From a virus, in the IMG/VR virus record IMGVR_UViG_3300045999_007505: 64,000 nt of DNA; one strand, 5' to 3'. Both the position numbers and the translations under genes were made by a program. A model generated the notes under the pieces. It ran no database searches and was not told the DNA's origin. It worked only from the letters and a program-made list of their open reading frames with translations. This document shows positions 10,988 to 20,568 of this stretch, one piece after another; position 1 is the stretch's first letter, and each line of letters begins with the position of its first letter.

Positions 10988-11388
10988 GATTTTTTACCCC
11001 AATTCTTTGCACCTTTCTTTCTGCACGCAGCGAGTGCTAATGATCCATATGCCGATGGCCACGTACCGCCATCTTTAGTATAACGTGCTTTTACTTTGTA
11101 ATAGCAAGCATCTCGTTTTGCTTTCTTTTCTTCTTCAAGTGCACCTTCAGCCTTAGGAGTACGTTTACCCATACCCACTTTGCGTTTCTGTGCAACTAAA
11201 GATTTTTTTTCTTTCTTATCAAATGAGCTCCAAGTTTTGGGAGTATCTTTAGAAACTTTGCGAGAAGGGCGACACTTCTTAACACCTTTGGTTTTATCAT
11301 TGCCACAAGGTCGTCCATGTTGATCTGTCCATTTTTCCTTTACCCATCGGCGAAGGTCTTCTGATAACAAATCAACTAAGCGTATCAT
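10984..11388 (-). CDS. basic Cys-containing phage protein with MIRLVDLLSE leader
   Basis: LRRWVKEKW...PCG...KCRP and DACYYKVKARY...WPSAYGS...CRKKG modules. Confidence 0.7.
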   Translation of the reverse strand: MIRLVDLLSEDLRRWVKEKWTDQHGRPCGNDKTKGVKKCRPSRKVSKDTPKTWSSFDKKEKKSLVAQKRKVGMGKRTPKAEGALEEEKKAKRDACYYKVKARYTKDGGTWPSAYGSLALAACRKKGAKNWGKKS

Positions 11389-11717
11389 CGTCCTCGTTCC
11401 TCGCGGATAATCAATTCGCCTAATACTTCTAAACGCCCTACTTCTCTTTGAAATTCAATTTGAGTCATTGAAGTAGATATGCGTTTATACGTTTCATCAA
11501 ATTCTTTTTTAGCTTTATCTAAATCAAATCGGCCCGCAGCAGCTCGTTTGTAATACGGCAATTTAACTTTGAAATGATGCCAAGTAAGTAGAGCTAATCC
11601 GCCTTTTGTTTTTGCATTGTTAACAATCTTTGCAGCTCCTGCTTCTCGCGTATCTGCAAATGTTTCAAAAGTATCTGGTTTGTCTTTTGATTCAAATAAT
11701 CTATTTATTAGTTTCAT
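11385..11717 (-). CDS. hypothetical protein (MKLINRLFE leader)
   Basis: ATG at 11717 directly after the late motif; ORF track starts at 11732. Confidence 0.65.
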   Translation of the reverse strand: MKLINRLFESKDKPDTFETFADTREAGAAKIVNNAKTKGGLALLTWHHFKVKLPYYKRAAAGRFDLDKAKKEFDETYKRISTSMTQIEFQREVGRLEVLGELIIREERGR

Positions 11718-11728
11718 ATTAATAAATA

Positions 11729-12367
11729 TCAATTAATTGTATTATCATAGAACATTCTATCAGAATCTTCTGTATGCCATTTTTCTTTGTCTTCTGAATT
11801 ATAAAATTCATTGCAAACAAGATAATCCGGTTTAGTTGGAAATGGTTTTGTTATAAATGATGGTTCAGACCATTTTATGCGATTATTAGGTTGCAACGCA
11901 ATTTGTCCATTATCCATTAATATAACATGATGTGATTTATGTTCTATAGGATCTTCAGCTAATGAGATATCAGTATTAATATCATTACTTCCCCAATTAA
12001 TTGTAGCAAAATATTTTCCAGAATACCATTTGCGATTCTTCATATATATTTCAACGGGAGCATCTTTAATAAAATTAAGTTGCAATAACGTAAAATTATA
12101 TGAAAAACAATTCCAAATTTGTAAGTAATGAAATGGTAAATCTGGAGTTGGAGTATTAGGTGTCATTAAAAGTGCATGACTTGGTAATTTGTCTCGCATG
12201 ACTCCATTATTTAACAATACCTGAAATAAAGCTACTTGGCCCGGCATACATCTTACTGAAATTATAATTCCTTCTGTAAAATTACCTTGTCCTTTTTTGT
12301 GTTGGTACATGTATTCATCCCGAACATAAACTTTTAACGGAAAGAAATTATGTTCTATGTATGCCAT
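11729..12367 (-). CDS. hypothetical phage protein
   Basis: 212-aa ORF; QIWNCFSY, EHKSHHVI, GQIALQPNNR motifs; function not assignable. Confidence 0.75.
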   Translation of the reverse strand: MAYIEHNFFPLKVYVRDEYMYQHKKGQGNFTEGIIISVRCMPGQVALFQVLLNNGVMRDKLPSHALLMTPNTPTPDLPFHYLQIWNCFSYNFTLLQLNFIKDAPVEIYMKNRKWYSGKYFATINWGSNDINTDISLAEDPIEHKSHHVILMDNGQIALQPNNRIKWSEPSFITKPFPTKPDYLVCNEFYNSEDKEKWHTEDSDRMFYDNTIN

Positions 12368-12372
12368 ATAAC

Positions 12373-12852
12373 TTATTTTTTGTGTTTTGAAATTTCGATT
12401 TCTGCCAATTGTTTAAGTGCAGCTTTACGTGTTTTATGCGTTCCCAATCGTTTTCCGCCTTTAGATGGATATACTGCAAATCCTCCGTCAACTTTGCGAA
12501 TTGTTTCGTGCATTGCTTGTTTGAGTTGATCTTTAAACCCAACCGGAACGAATTGTGGTTGTGCGGTATTTCCTGCAAAGCCTGGCATTTCATGCTTTTC
12601 ATGATGCATTGCATTCATCAAGAAATCACCCACTTCTTGAATATCATCTTTTGAAGTAGCAACATGATCTGCAGCCCAATCATGTCCGTCACTTAATATG
12701 CTTTGAACTTGACGCGGATCCATTTGCAACATGGCATCTACATATTTTTTAATTGTTTTTAAATTACCAAAAAACATGTAGTTTGCATCATTGTCATTGC
12801 ATCCGCCCTTTGCTGATCCACAACCACAGCTGCATTCGTTCAATCGTTTCAT
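12373..12852 (-). CDS. hypothetical protein (putative virion protein)
   Basis: 159 aa; Cys-rich N-terminus, GHDWAADH, basic C-terminal module GKRLGTHKTRKAALKQL. Confidence 0.7.
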   Translation of the reverse strand: MKRLNECSCGCGSAKGGCNDNDANYMFFGNLKTIKKYVDAMLQMDPRQVQSILSDGHDWAADHVATSKDDIQEVGDFLMNAMHHEKHEMPGFAGNTAQPQFVPVGFKDQLKQAMHETIRKVDGGFAVYPSKGGKRLGTHKTRKAALKQLAEIEISKHKK

Positions 12853-12853
12853 A

Positions 12854-13024
12854 TTAAGCCTTTGCTAATACTGACCAAATAGTTCCAGTTAAAGTAATGA
12901 TACCACCAATAATTTCTGTAGCAGTAGCTTCATCAATAAGTCCTTTAGTAATCAAGATACCACCTACAAATGTTAAGGTGTGACGAAGAATACCAAGTAA
13001 TTGTTCTTTTGTTAACTTTTTCAT
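12854..13024 (-). CDS. 56-aa two-helix membrane protein (holin-like), absent from the ORF track
   Basis: Translated by hand: MKKLTKEQLLGILRHTLTFVGGILITKGLIDEATATEIIGGIITLTGTIWSVLAKA*; AAGGA RBS and late motif (13037-13044) upstream. Confidence 0.8.
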   Translation of the reverse strand: MKKLTKEQLLGILRHTLTFVGGILITKGLIDEATATEIIGGIITLTGTIWSVLAKA

Positions 13025-13051
13025 ATGTTCCTTTTATATAAATATATTTGT

Positions 13052-13879
13052 TTATGGATTCAATGCAACACTATACCATGCAGCATTTGTTGCACTATAA
13101 ATGTATAATCTAGCGCCAGAATCGTCCCAATATATACTACCAGCTAACGGCGTTCCACCTGTTTGTTGTATCGGAATTGCCATTTGACCAGCTGCAGAAG
13201 CTTCACCGAGGATGCGTAAATCTACGGTACTAAATTTACTTGCATTCACTGATCCGGTTATACTAAATGATCCAGAAACTGTTGCACCCGCAATCACATT
13301 GGTACCTGGATTAATTGTTATGTTTGTTGTAGACTTTAATCGTTCAGGCGTAGCAGTAGCATTCGCTGAATCTGAAATTACTGGATAAAACGTAGCTTCA
13401 GTTACAACGCGTTGTACTAATAATTGATCTGCGGTATCTGCAAATGATGCAGTGACTGCTCTGGATGCCGATACTGCAAATGAAGCTGTTCCTTGCAATG
13501 AAGCCGTAACACCAGCTGTTACTTGCAATGACCCGGTAATTTCTAAATTATTCGTTGTTGCATATTTAGATCCAGTTAATGCAAATATACCGCCGCCGCC
13601 ACTAGCACCAGCATTCAAAGCAAATGATGCTGTTACTGCGTATGATGAACTCAATGCCGCTAAGGCATAACTTGCCGTTACAGGTACATTTGCTGCATAA
13701 GAAGCACTTAATGCTGTTGTAGCATATGATGACGTGCCGGTTAATGTGCCAACAAACGACCCGGTTGCAACGACTGTAGTGGTTGGACTAGTTCCATCCA
13801 ACGCATCTATAATATTTGTTATATGAGCAGGTTGTATAGTCCCACCTTGAGATATTCCTGTTCTACTTATTGTTGCCAT
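13052..13879 (-). CDS. putative virion structural/fibre protein with TASYA/TASFA repeats
   Basis: A/S/T/G-rich; repeated TSSYA, SASYA, TASYA, TASFA; C-terminal GSIYWD...LYIY. Confidence 0.7.
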   Translation of the reverse strand: MATISRTGISQGGTIQPAHITNIIDALDGTSPTTTVVATGSFVGTLTGTSSYATTALSASYAANVPVTASYALAALSSSYAVTASFALNAGASGGGGIFALTGSKYATTNNLEITGSLQVTAGVTASLQGTASFAVSASRAVTASFADTADQLLVQRVVTEATFYPVISDSANATATPERLKSTTNITINPGTNVIAGATVSGSFSITGSVNASKFSTVDLRILGEASAAGQMAIPIQQTGGTPLAGSIYWDDSGARLYIYSATNAAWYSVALNP

Positions 13880-14072
13880 TTACATCCTTGTTTTGTTTTT
13901 TATATCGAGGCCAATTCTTTGTTTTTTCATTAAGCCATGTTTGTCGATCATCACATCCGCAATCTTCATCTAAAAGTTGTGCAATGCGTTTTGCTAAGTC
14001 ATCTAAACGAGTTGCACTTGTTATGCGTTTAATGTCATCACCCAATCCTCTACTTTGCATATTTGCTCCCAT
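13863..14072 (-). CDS. small phage protein (GLGD...CGC motif)
   Basis: SRGLGDDIKRIT...DCGCDDRQTWLN. Confidence 0.7.
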   Translation of the reverse strand: MGANMQSRGLGDDIKRITSATRLDDLAKRIAQLLDEDCGCDDRQTWLNEKTKNWPRYKKQNKDVNGNNK

Positions 14073-15084
14073 TTCGTATTTTATTTAAAAGTTGTATCAT
14101 AACTGTTTGCCATTGTGGAGTATGTGGAATTTCAAATACACGCGTGCCTGGATACATATATTCTCGTTCTGGACGCATTAATTTCATATGTCCCGTATCA
14201 TCAATGCCTAATACTTTGAATGGAACATTGCGCATCGTAATTCGATTGCTAGGTATCATAGTGCATCGACCTGGATGTTTCCATTGTCCCATGCGATCTT
14301 CTATGCCTCCGGTGAATTGCATTATATCATTCCAATCCGTTTCTGTAAGTGTTCGTTGTTTAGTAATGTGTTGTGCTAGTGGATCAACAACTCGTTCGGT
14401 AAATACCATTTGTCCTAATTCTGTTTGTCGCAACATTTCTTTTAATTTATCTATTAAACCTTTATTCCGTAAATGTTTATATGCTAAATTTTCAATTGAA
14501 TATTCTCCTGCAGTATCCAATCCAGTTTGTCGAAGTTTTCTTAAACGTTTCAACAACGTTTTGATTTTAAAATCCAATTTAGCATCATCTGGTTTCAAAT
14601 TGTTTATTTCATATTCATATGGATCGGCCTTTTGTTGGATAACAGTATCATCAATTTGAATGATGTCAGCTGCAGGTTTTGTAATCCATTTATTATTTAA
14701 TATGGAATATACTCCCACTGAATTATGTAGTTGTTGATTTGAATCTTGAGCATACAATTCAATGTTCATGCCCTGATATGTTAACGGGTAATTTGCAGAC
14801 CAAACTGATTTTTTAGCACGCATATAATCATCCACCACGTGCAAGTTAGTTCCTATTTGCAAATAGTTTGTAATTACATGTAAATCGATATCACTGTATT
14901 TCGTCCAATTGTAATTAGCATTGCTACCAATTAATACAACATCAATAACTGGAATATCTTTTCCTAAAAACTCAGTAAATTTTGAAGCAATACGCATCAA
15001 GCCATCTCGAACCTTGGGTTTTAGTTGATGTCCCATCCAAAGCTTTGGATTCAATTCATTGTGTGTTTGATATTCGTTTATCAT
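14050..15084 (-). CDS. Pol-beta superfamily nucleotidyltransferase with extra C-terminal domain
   Basis: hGS-x-DxD signature LIGSNANYNWTKYSDIDLHV and downstream IELY. Confidence 0.8.
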   Translation of the reverse strand: MINEYQTHNELNPKLWMGHQLKPKVRDGLMRIASKFTEFLGKDIPVIDVVLIGSNANYNWTKYSDIDLHVITNYLQIGTNLHVVDDYMRAKKSVWSANYPLTYQGMNIELYAQDSNQQLHNSVGVYSILNNKWITKPAADIIQIDDTVIQQKADPYEYEINNLKPDDAKLDFKIKTLLKRLRKLRQTGLDTAGEYSIENLAYKHLRNKGLIDKLKEMLRQTELGQMVFTERVVDPLAQHITKQRTLTETDWNDIMQFTGGIEDRMGQWKHPGRCTMIPSNRITMRNVPFKVLGIDDTGHMKLMRPEREYMYPGTRVFEIPHTPQWQTVMIQLLNKIRNGSKYAK

Positions 15085-17654
15085 TATTTTTCTAACGTTG
15101 TTGTAAATTTTTGTTTTTTTACCATCGGAATTTCAGATACTGCTTTAAATTGTCCTAAATCTGCAGGATTAATTACTTCACTACCAAAGCCAATTGCCTC
15201 TTCAATCATTTTAAATGGCCATGTTCCAAAAACATATGCTAATAAGGTTGCAATTACGCCTTGTTTCTCATCGATATTGTCCGAATCGACACCTATTTTT
15301 TCAAAAAAGTCTCGAAACTCATTATAAAATACATCCAATCGTTTTAGATTCAGCATGCCATCTAATATCTTTAAAAATCCTCGAACCAGACCTCCAAGAT
15401 ATCTGTTTATAATTGGAGATTTTTGAAAAGCTTCACTAACCCATTTGCCTACAGTTCCTTCTAAATCAAATATTTTTCTGCCACCAAATTCATATTTGAT
15501 AAATCCTTCTCCAGCTGCTTCGTAAAATCTATAAATTCGATTTGGCATCGCTGCCCGCATGTAATTCCAAAAACTCATAGCCCATATTTTATATACAGCA
15601 TTGCCTTTTTGTATGCAATCTATAATAACATCATCTAAAAATTTATTAAGAGCGTCTGCATTTCTAGCCAATGGCATTAAAACTAAATCATTAAATGTTC
15701 TTCTAAATCCTAGACCTGTACCGAGCGATTCTCGTAATACTCTAGCAAATGCAGCTAGAATATCTCGCATACCACTTTCACCAATTTGTTCTACGGTTTG
15801 ACCCCCGAATCTTTGAAATAACGTTGGGAAATATCTTTGGAATATTGCCGGACGTTCTAATAACCATTCTGTTAACAATCTAGGATTTTCTCGGAAATAT
15901 GCATATGCAGCATCAAATATTATTTGTCCGCCGTTTTGTGTTCCCACCAATGTTGTAAAAAATTTTTGTGTAGCTTGTATTGGACCGCCTTGTTTTACAT
16001 ATTGAATAAAACTGTCAATCATAGAACGTTGAAATGCATCAAACCATTTTTTTCCAACGATTCTATAAAACATCCTTGTTACCATACCCGCATTGCTAGC
16101 TAATTCTGTAGTTAAACCTTTAAGTACTTTTCGTATACTCCGGTTTCCTACATATCCTGCAACTTCAGCTGTTCCTTTAGAACCAGCGACTACCAAATCA
16201 CTAGCAGTATCCATTCCTTTTGCAATTTCATCCATAGATCTGGCAAATTGTCGTGCGTATTCTTCAAGCGGTCGACCATATTGAGTAACTATATCATCTA
16301 AAACACGACCAACCCAACCTACAACTGCGCGGCCGCGCAAGTTTCTAGCAATATCCATTAATCTACGAATTCCGCCAGTAACAGCACTTAAAGCTCGAGA
16401 TGCAAATGATGTTAATGCTTGCCTTGCTGCTCTATTTCGAGCTAAATATTCCATGAATGTTTGACGCGCGCCTCGAGCCCATGCCCTAGGTCCTTGCCGA
16501 ATTAAATATTCTAGAGCTTCAATTCCAGTTTTGCTGCCAATTTTTAATCCTTTAAATGCTAGTTTAAAGCCGTTTTTAAACACGCTACCTAGCACCGGTG
16601 CTATTGCAATCATTGATAACAATGCTTCTAATTTCTTGCCACGTATCCAATATACTATTCCATTAAGTACATCGATCGCATCACCATAACCTGGAATTAA
16701 TCCCGCCCAATCTGCTACACTTTGAATCTTATCAACCCACGCTGTTGCAGAAAAATCATATTCTTTTTGATTTTTCCATTTCTTTTCATAAGCTCTTTTA
16801 ACGCCGGTAATATCTAACCATAAAGCTCGTAAAAATCCTGCACCTTTATATGGATCATAATTTTTTTCTAAAAATTTATTGTTAAAAGTAAACATTAATG
16901 TATAATCATTTTGAACGCCGGTTAATATCGGAGCTTCTTTTTCTAAATCCGAATATATTGAAATTTTATTGCCCGTTACTTTATAGGTAAATGTCGATTC
17001 TTTTGCCATTGATAGCGTTTCTGGCATAATTGTTACAGTTTCATTAGGGTGAAATCGCATCCATGCAATAGATTTACCTTTATTATCTGTACATAAAATT
17101 TCATAATCATACCATTGATTGCCTGCATTTGATCTATCAAATACATATCCCGAACTCATACGTTCGCCTTTATCGGCTTTCTCATATTGTGGATCTTGCT
17201 CTACAATTTGTTTAAAGAAATTATCAGCTGTAGTATTTTTCCATTTGTTAAATGGTGTTAACTTATCATATTTACCAGTTTTAATATATTTTAATATTGC
17301 AGCTTGATTATTATTTACTATGAAATTATAAGGTGATGATAAAAAGTCTTTTTTTACTTTTTCAGATGATTTTAAAATATTTAAAATACGTTTCTTATTT
17401 GATGCACCAAATGCCTGTGCATCAGTTCTTGCAAGATCTGATCCGGTTTTTGGATTCCACGGTATCAATTGTTCATTTAATGATTTGATTTCTGTATCGT
17501 TTAGCTGACCAAATCTCGATTCATGATATTCTCGTAAAAATTTTAATATTTGAACATGTTTTTCTATGTCAATATTGGCTGATACATTATTTGCGGATAT
17601 CGATTTCAATTGTGGTTTTAATGATGATTCGATAATCAAATCTAATGATTTCAT
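15084..17654 (-). CDS. large protein with pre-toxin TG-like region
   Basis: DWAGLIPGYGDAIDVLNGIVYWIRGKKLEALLSMIAIAPVLG resembles PT-TG; helical C-terminal half; late motif at 17674-17681. Confidence 0.7.
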   Translation of the reverse strand: MKSLDLIIESSLKPQLKSISANNVSANIDIEKHVQILKFLREYHESRFGQLNDTEIKSLNEQLIPWNPKTGSDLARTDAQAFGASNKKRILNILKSSEKVKKDFLSSPYNFIVNNNQAAILKYIKTGKYDKLTPFNKWKNTTADNFFKQIVEQDPQYEKADKGERMSSGYVFDRSNAGNQWYDYEILCTDNKGKSIAWMRFHPNETVTIMPETLSMAKESTFTYKVTGNKISIYSDLEKEAPILTGVQNDYTLMFTFNNKFLEKNYDPYKGAGFLRALWLDITGVKRAYEKKWKNQKEYDFSATAWVDKIQSVADWAGLIPGYGDAIDVLNGIVYWIRGKKLEALLSMIAIAPVLGSVFKNGFKLAFKGLKIGSKTGIEALEYLIRQGPRAWARGARQTFMEYLARNRAARQALTSFASRALSAVTGGIRRLMDIARNLRGRAVVGWVGRVLDDIVTQYGRPLEEYARQFARSMDEIAKGMDTASDLVVAGSKGTAEVAGYVGNRSIRKVLKGLTTELASNAGMVTRMFYRIVGKKWFDAFQRSMIDSFIQYVKQGGPIQATQKFFTTLVGTQNGGQIIFDAAYAYFRENPRLLTEWLLERPAIFQRYFPTLFQRFGGQTVEQIGESGMRDILAAFARVLRESLGTGLGFRRTFNDLVLMPLARNADALNKFLDDVIIDCIQKGNAVYKIWAMSFWNYMRAAMPNRIYRFYEAAGEGFIKYEFGGRKIFDLEGTVGKWVSEAFQKSPIINRYLGGLVRGFLKILDGMLNLKRLDVFYNEFRDFFEKIGVDSDNIDEKQGVIATLLAYVFGTWPFKMIEEAIGFGSEVINPADLGQFKAVSEIPMVKKQKFTTTLEK

Positions 17655-17684
17655 ACTATTATATACCTTTTTTAATAAATATGT

Positions 17685-18032
17685 TTACTTCCAAAAGAGT
17701 TGGACTAAAATAAGTGATAGCGCTAGCAATAACGATACTGCCGTTTTTAAATTAACAGCTTCTGCTTTAAATACATATGTCATGATAGTAAATACGAAAA
17801 TACCAGCAACAAATGATGTAAATCGGCCGGGCCAGAATTGTCCTCCGAACCCCGATACTGCATATCGAGTTGCTTCCATGAATGCCCAAGTTATAGGGAC
17901 ACCTAATAACATTAATGCAAATTTATATGTTCTTGCCCATTGCCATAACAAAGGACCATTTACTTGCACCCAAACAACAATTTGTCCTAATAGGAATATT
18001 AGTATGGATGTTGCAATATGTTTATAATTCAT
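17685..18032 (-). CDS. four-helix membrane protein
   Basis: 115 aa with four hydrophobic segments; last gene of the lysis/TCS run. Confidence 0.75.
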   Translation of the reverse strand: MNYKHIATSILIFLLGQIVVWVQVNGPLLWQWARTYKFALMLLGVPITWAFMEATRYAVSGFGGQFWPGRFTSFVAGIFVFTIMTYVFKAEAVNLKTAVSLLLALSLILVQLFWK

Positions 18033-18033
18033 T

Positions 18034-18711
18034 TTATTCGTTTTGGTTTGTAGCGTATTTTATTCCCATGATGGTACCAATTATACTAAATGCATTGGTA
18101 AGCAGTATGCCAAATATATTAGACCATGCTGCACTTATAACTTGAGTGTCCCGATCCATTACTAACGTAAATACATATACGCCCGTAGTGATAATTCCAA
18201 CACCTACTATTACATACAATGCAACGCGCACTATGGTTGAAATAAGTTCTGTTTGATTGCGTTTCTGTAATAGATCCAAATCATTCTCAGCATTAGTCTT
18301 AGCAGCCTCAGCATCAATACGAGAACGTTCAGCATTGGCCATTTCAACGCGCAACTCTTCTGTTAATCTGATATTGGTTGATTTCCATTCATTCAACTCA
18401 ATGTTTTGTTGTTCAAAGGCCGTCTTCGATTCTTCAACATTTGCCAACGTATCTTGTAACTCAGTTAATATGCGTTGATTCTCATCATTCAACCCAGTTA
18501 ATTCTTCATTTTGTTTTTGAATCTTTTTAGTCATTTCGAGACGCTTCTTGCGTTTCTCTGCATCTTTGGATTCACATTCTAATAAGTATTGTTTGAATTC
18601 TTCATCATCTTCTCGATCTACAAGTTTAGTGATGTTTCCTTCTAAGCCAATACCTTTCTTACGATAGAGTTCAACTAACTGTTTTTTGGTATTTGCATCA
18701 AGTTTAATCAT
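18034..18711 (-). CDS. coiled-coil protein with two C-terminal TM helices
   Basis: E/K/N-rich heptads followed by VALYVIVGVGIITTGVYVFTLV and IFGILLTNAFSIIGTIMGI; ATGA-coupled to the receiver gene. Confidence 0.8.
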   Translation of the reverse strand: MIKLDANTKKQLVELYRKKGIGLEGNITKLVDREDDEEFKQYLLECESKDAEKRKKRLEMTKKIQKQNEELTGLNDENQRILTELQDTLANVEESKTAFEQQNIELNEWKSTNIRLTEELRVEMANAERSRIDAEAAKTNAENDLDLLQKRNQTELISTIVRVALYVIVGVGIITTGVYVFTLVMDRDTQVISAAWSNIFGILLTNAFSIIGTIMGIKYATNQNE

Positions 18712-19145
18712 TTATAAATTTTAAATGGTGCTGTTCTATTTTTATAACCGTCATAATCTTTTCTAAAGTCTTCTAATCTAGGTTCAATGTCATCTGACTT
18801 GATAATCCAAAACTGAGCACCTACTTGGATAGCACGTGCCTGCTCTTCTGATTCATTAGATGATGATATGATTCCAATAACAACTTGGTTACCGTATTCG
18901 AAATTAATTTTTCGAATCAATTCAATTCCGTCAAATGAACTACCAATGATATTTAAATCAACAAATACACATTCTGGTTTTTCATCAGACCCACCATCGT
19001 TAAACCATCTTTTAAATTTCTTTTCTGCCTCATCTGCACTACTTAATGATTGCAATGATAAACTTATATCAAGCAACGAACATGCATCTTCAAACACTAA
19101 ATGGAATAAATCCTCATCATCTACTAATAAAATTGAATCAATCAT
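18708..19145 (-). CDS. stand-alone response regulator receiver
   Basis: LLVDDE acidic pocket, FVDLN phospho-Asp, DGIELIRKI, IISSS, IIKS; no output domain. Confidence 0.92.
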   Translation of the reverse strand: MIDSILLVDDEDLFHLVFEDACSLLDISLSLQSLSSADEAEKKFKRWFNDGGSDEKPECVFVDLNIIGSSFDGIELIRKINFEYGNQVVIGIISSSNESEEQARAIQVGAQFWIIKSDDIEPRLEDFRKDYDGYKNRTAPFKIYK

Positions 19146-19155
19146 CTCTTTCTTT

Positions 19156-20568
19156 TTATTTTACTTTTATTTTTATTTTAGTTCCAATATCATTTTTCTC
19201 ACATTCCATATCAAATCCATGCTCTTTTAATATAGCAAAAGATATGTTTAATCCAAGTCCAATTTCATCATTATCTGCATTTGAAACCGTTTTTAAATGT
19301 TTTTTGAATTGTTTGTCAGTCATACCAATTCCATTGTCTTGTACTATGATATGATTGTCTTCTATAAATATAGATACTGATTTGTTTTCGCTGTTATTAT
19401 ATTTCAATCCGTTCTTAACTAAATTTTCAATTGCATTGCAAAACAATATGGAATTAACTGACAATATTCCTAGCTCTGAAACTGAAACTTGTTTGGCATA
19501 GGATGCCTTTTCAAAATATCCATTTAGCAATTGTGTAACATCTTGTTCATCTGTATCAAAATCTACAGTACGTTTAACAAGATTAGTAAATTCATATACG
19601 CTTTTGTAAACACGTTGGGTATGATTCAATCCTTCTCGTATCATTTTAAGTGGGCCTTCAATCTTAAGATCTTTGATAGTATCACCCGTTAATCTTTTTT
19701 CTAATGACGATATCCCGCGTGGTATATATGTGTTGATACCAGAGTGCATATCGTGCCTAATAATTCGCGCAGCATGTTCTAAGTAGGTGTTTTTAGTATT
19801 TATATCTGCTAACTGTCTATCTATTTCTTTGTCTTGAACTTTAATTGTTTTTCGTTGGAATAAAACCATAATACCCAAAGCTAGAAGTAAAATAGCAATG
19901 CCGGCGCCTATCAAGTAATTATTTAATTTCCTAGCATCGTCTTTTAATTTTACTGCCTCAACTTTCATTTCCTCTTCTTTAACAGTCAAATCAATAATTT
20001 GCTTTTCTTTGCCCAAACTTTGTATCGATTCGGTCTTTGCTTTGATTACCTCAGGACTAGCATGACTTTTGATAAGTGCTTCTTTTTCTTTGATTAATTT
20101 TTCTAATTGTCCTTCTATCTCTTGTGCTAATTTTTTCATGTCCGTTGGACTTACATTTTCAAAAGATTTGGGTATGCTTTGTAAAAATTCTTTATCACTT
20201 TGTAAACTAGCAGCTATATCAGCTGGCACCTCTTCTTGGAATACAATCTCTGGTTCTAGTTTTACAATTTCAACATGTGCTTTTACTCGTTCCAAATACC
20301 AATCGGCTCCTTCATACATATCTCGTTGTTTGAAAGCTCTACCCAATCGACGACATATATCGGCTTCATTCTTAGTAATGCCTCGTTTTGATTTCTGTAA
20401 GTTATCAATGCCTACTTTATTAATCAGAGCCGTTATCTCTGCATCATCGGGACAAGTAGGTATTCCATTGACCCAAACGATATTGTTTTCTGGGTCAATT
20501 ATTTTAGTTTGCGAAATAACGTTGTTGATTCCGCATAACAATAGTACTATAAATATTATTTGTTTCAT
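19156..20568 (-). CDS. membrane sensor histidine kinase (signal peptide, extracytoplasmic helical domain, TM, HisKA-HATPase)
   Basis: H-box RHDMHSGIN, N-box ENLVKNGLKYN, G1 QDNGIG, G2 GLGLNI; ATG at 20568 ATGA-coupled (track start 20613). Confidence 0.92.
   Translation of the reverse strand: MKQIIFIVLLLCGINNVISQTKIIDPENNIVWVNGIPTCPDDAEITALINKVGIDNLQKSKRGITKNEADICRRLGRAFKQRDMYEGADWYLERVKAHVEIVKLEPEIVFQEEVPADIAASLQSDKEFLQSIPKSFENVSPTDMKKLAQEIEGQLEKLIKEKEALIKSHASPEVIKAKTESIQSLGKEKQIIDLTVKEEEMKVEAVKLKDDARKLNNYLIGAGIAILLLALGIMVLFQRKTIKVQDKEIDRQLADINTKNTYLEHAARIIRHDMHSGINTYIPRGISSLEKRLTGDTIKDLKIEGPLKMIREGLNHTQRVYKSVYEFTNLVKRTVDFDTDEQDVTQLLNGYFEKASYAKQVSVSELGILSVNSILFCNAIENLVKNGLKYNNSENKSVSIFIEDNHIIVQDNGIGMTDKQFKKHLKTVSNADNDEIGLGLNISFAILKEHGFDMECEKNDIGTKIKIKVK

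Noticed and set aside
19363-20555. TATTTATA copies inside the HK2 gene (19363, 20548)
   Set aside because: Intragenic in AT-rich DNA and likely chance matches
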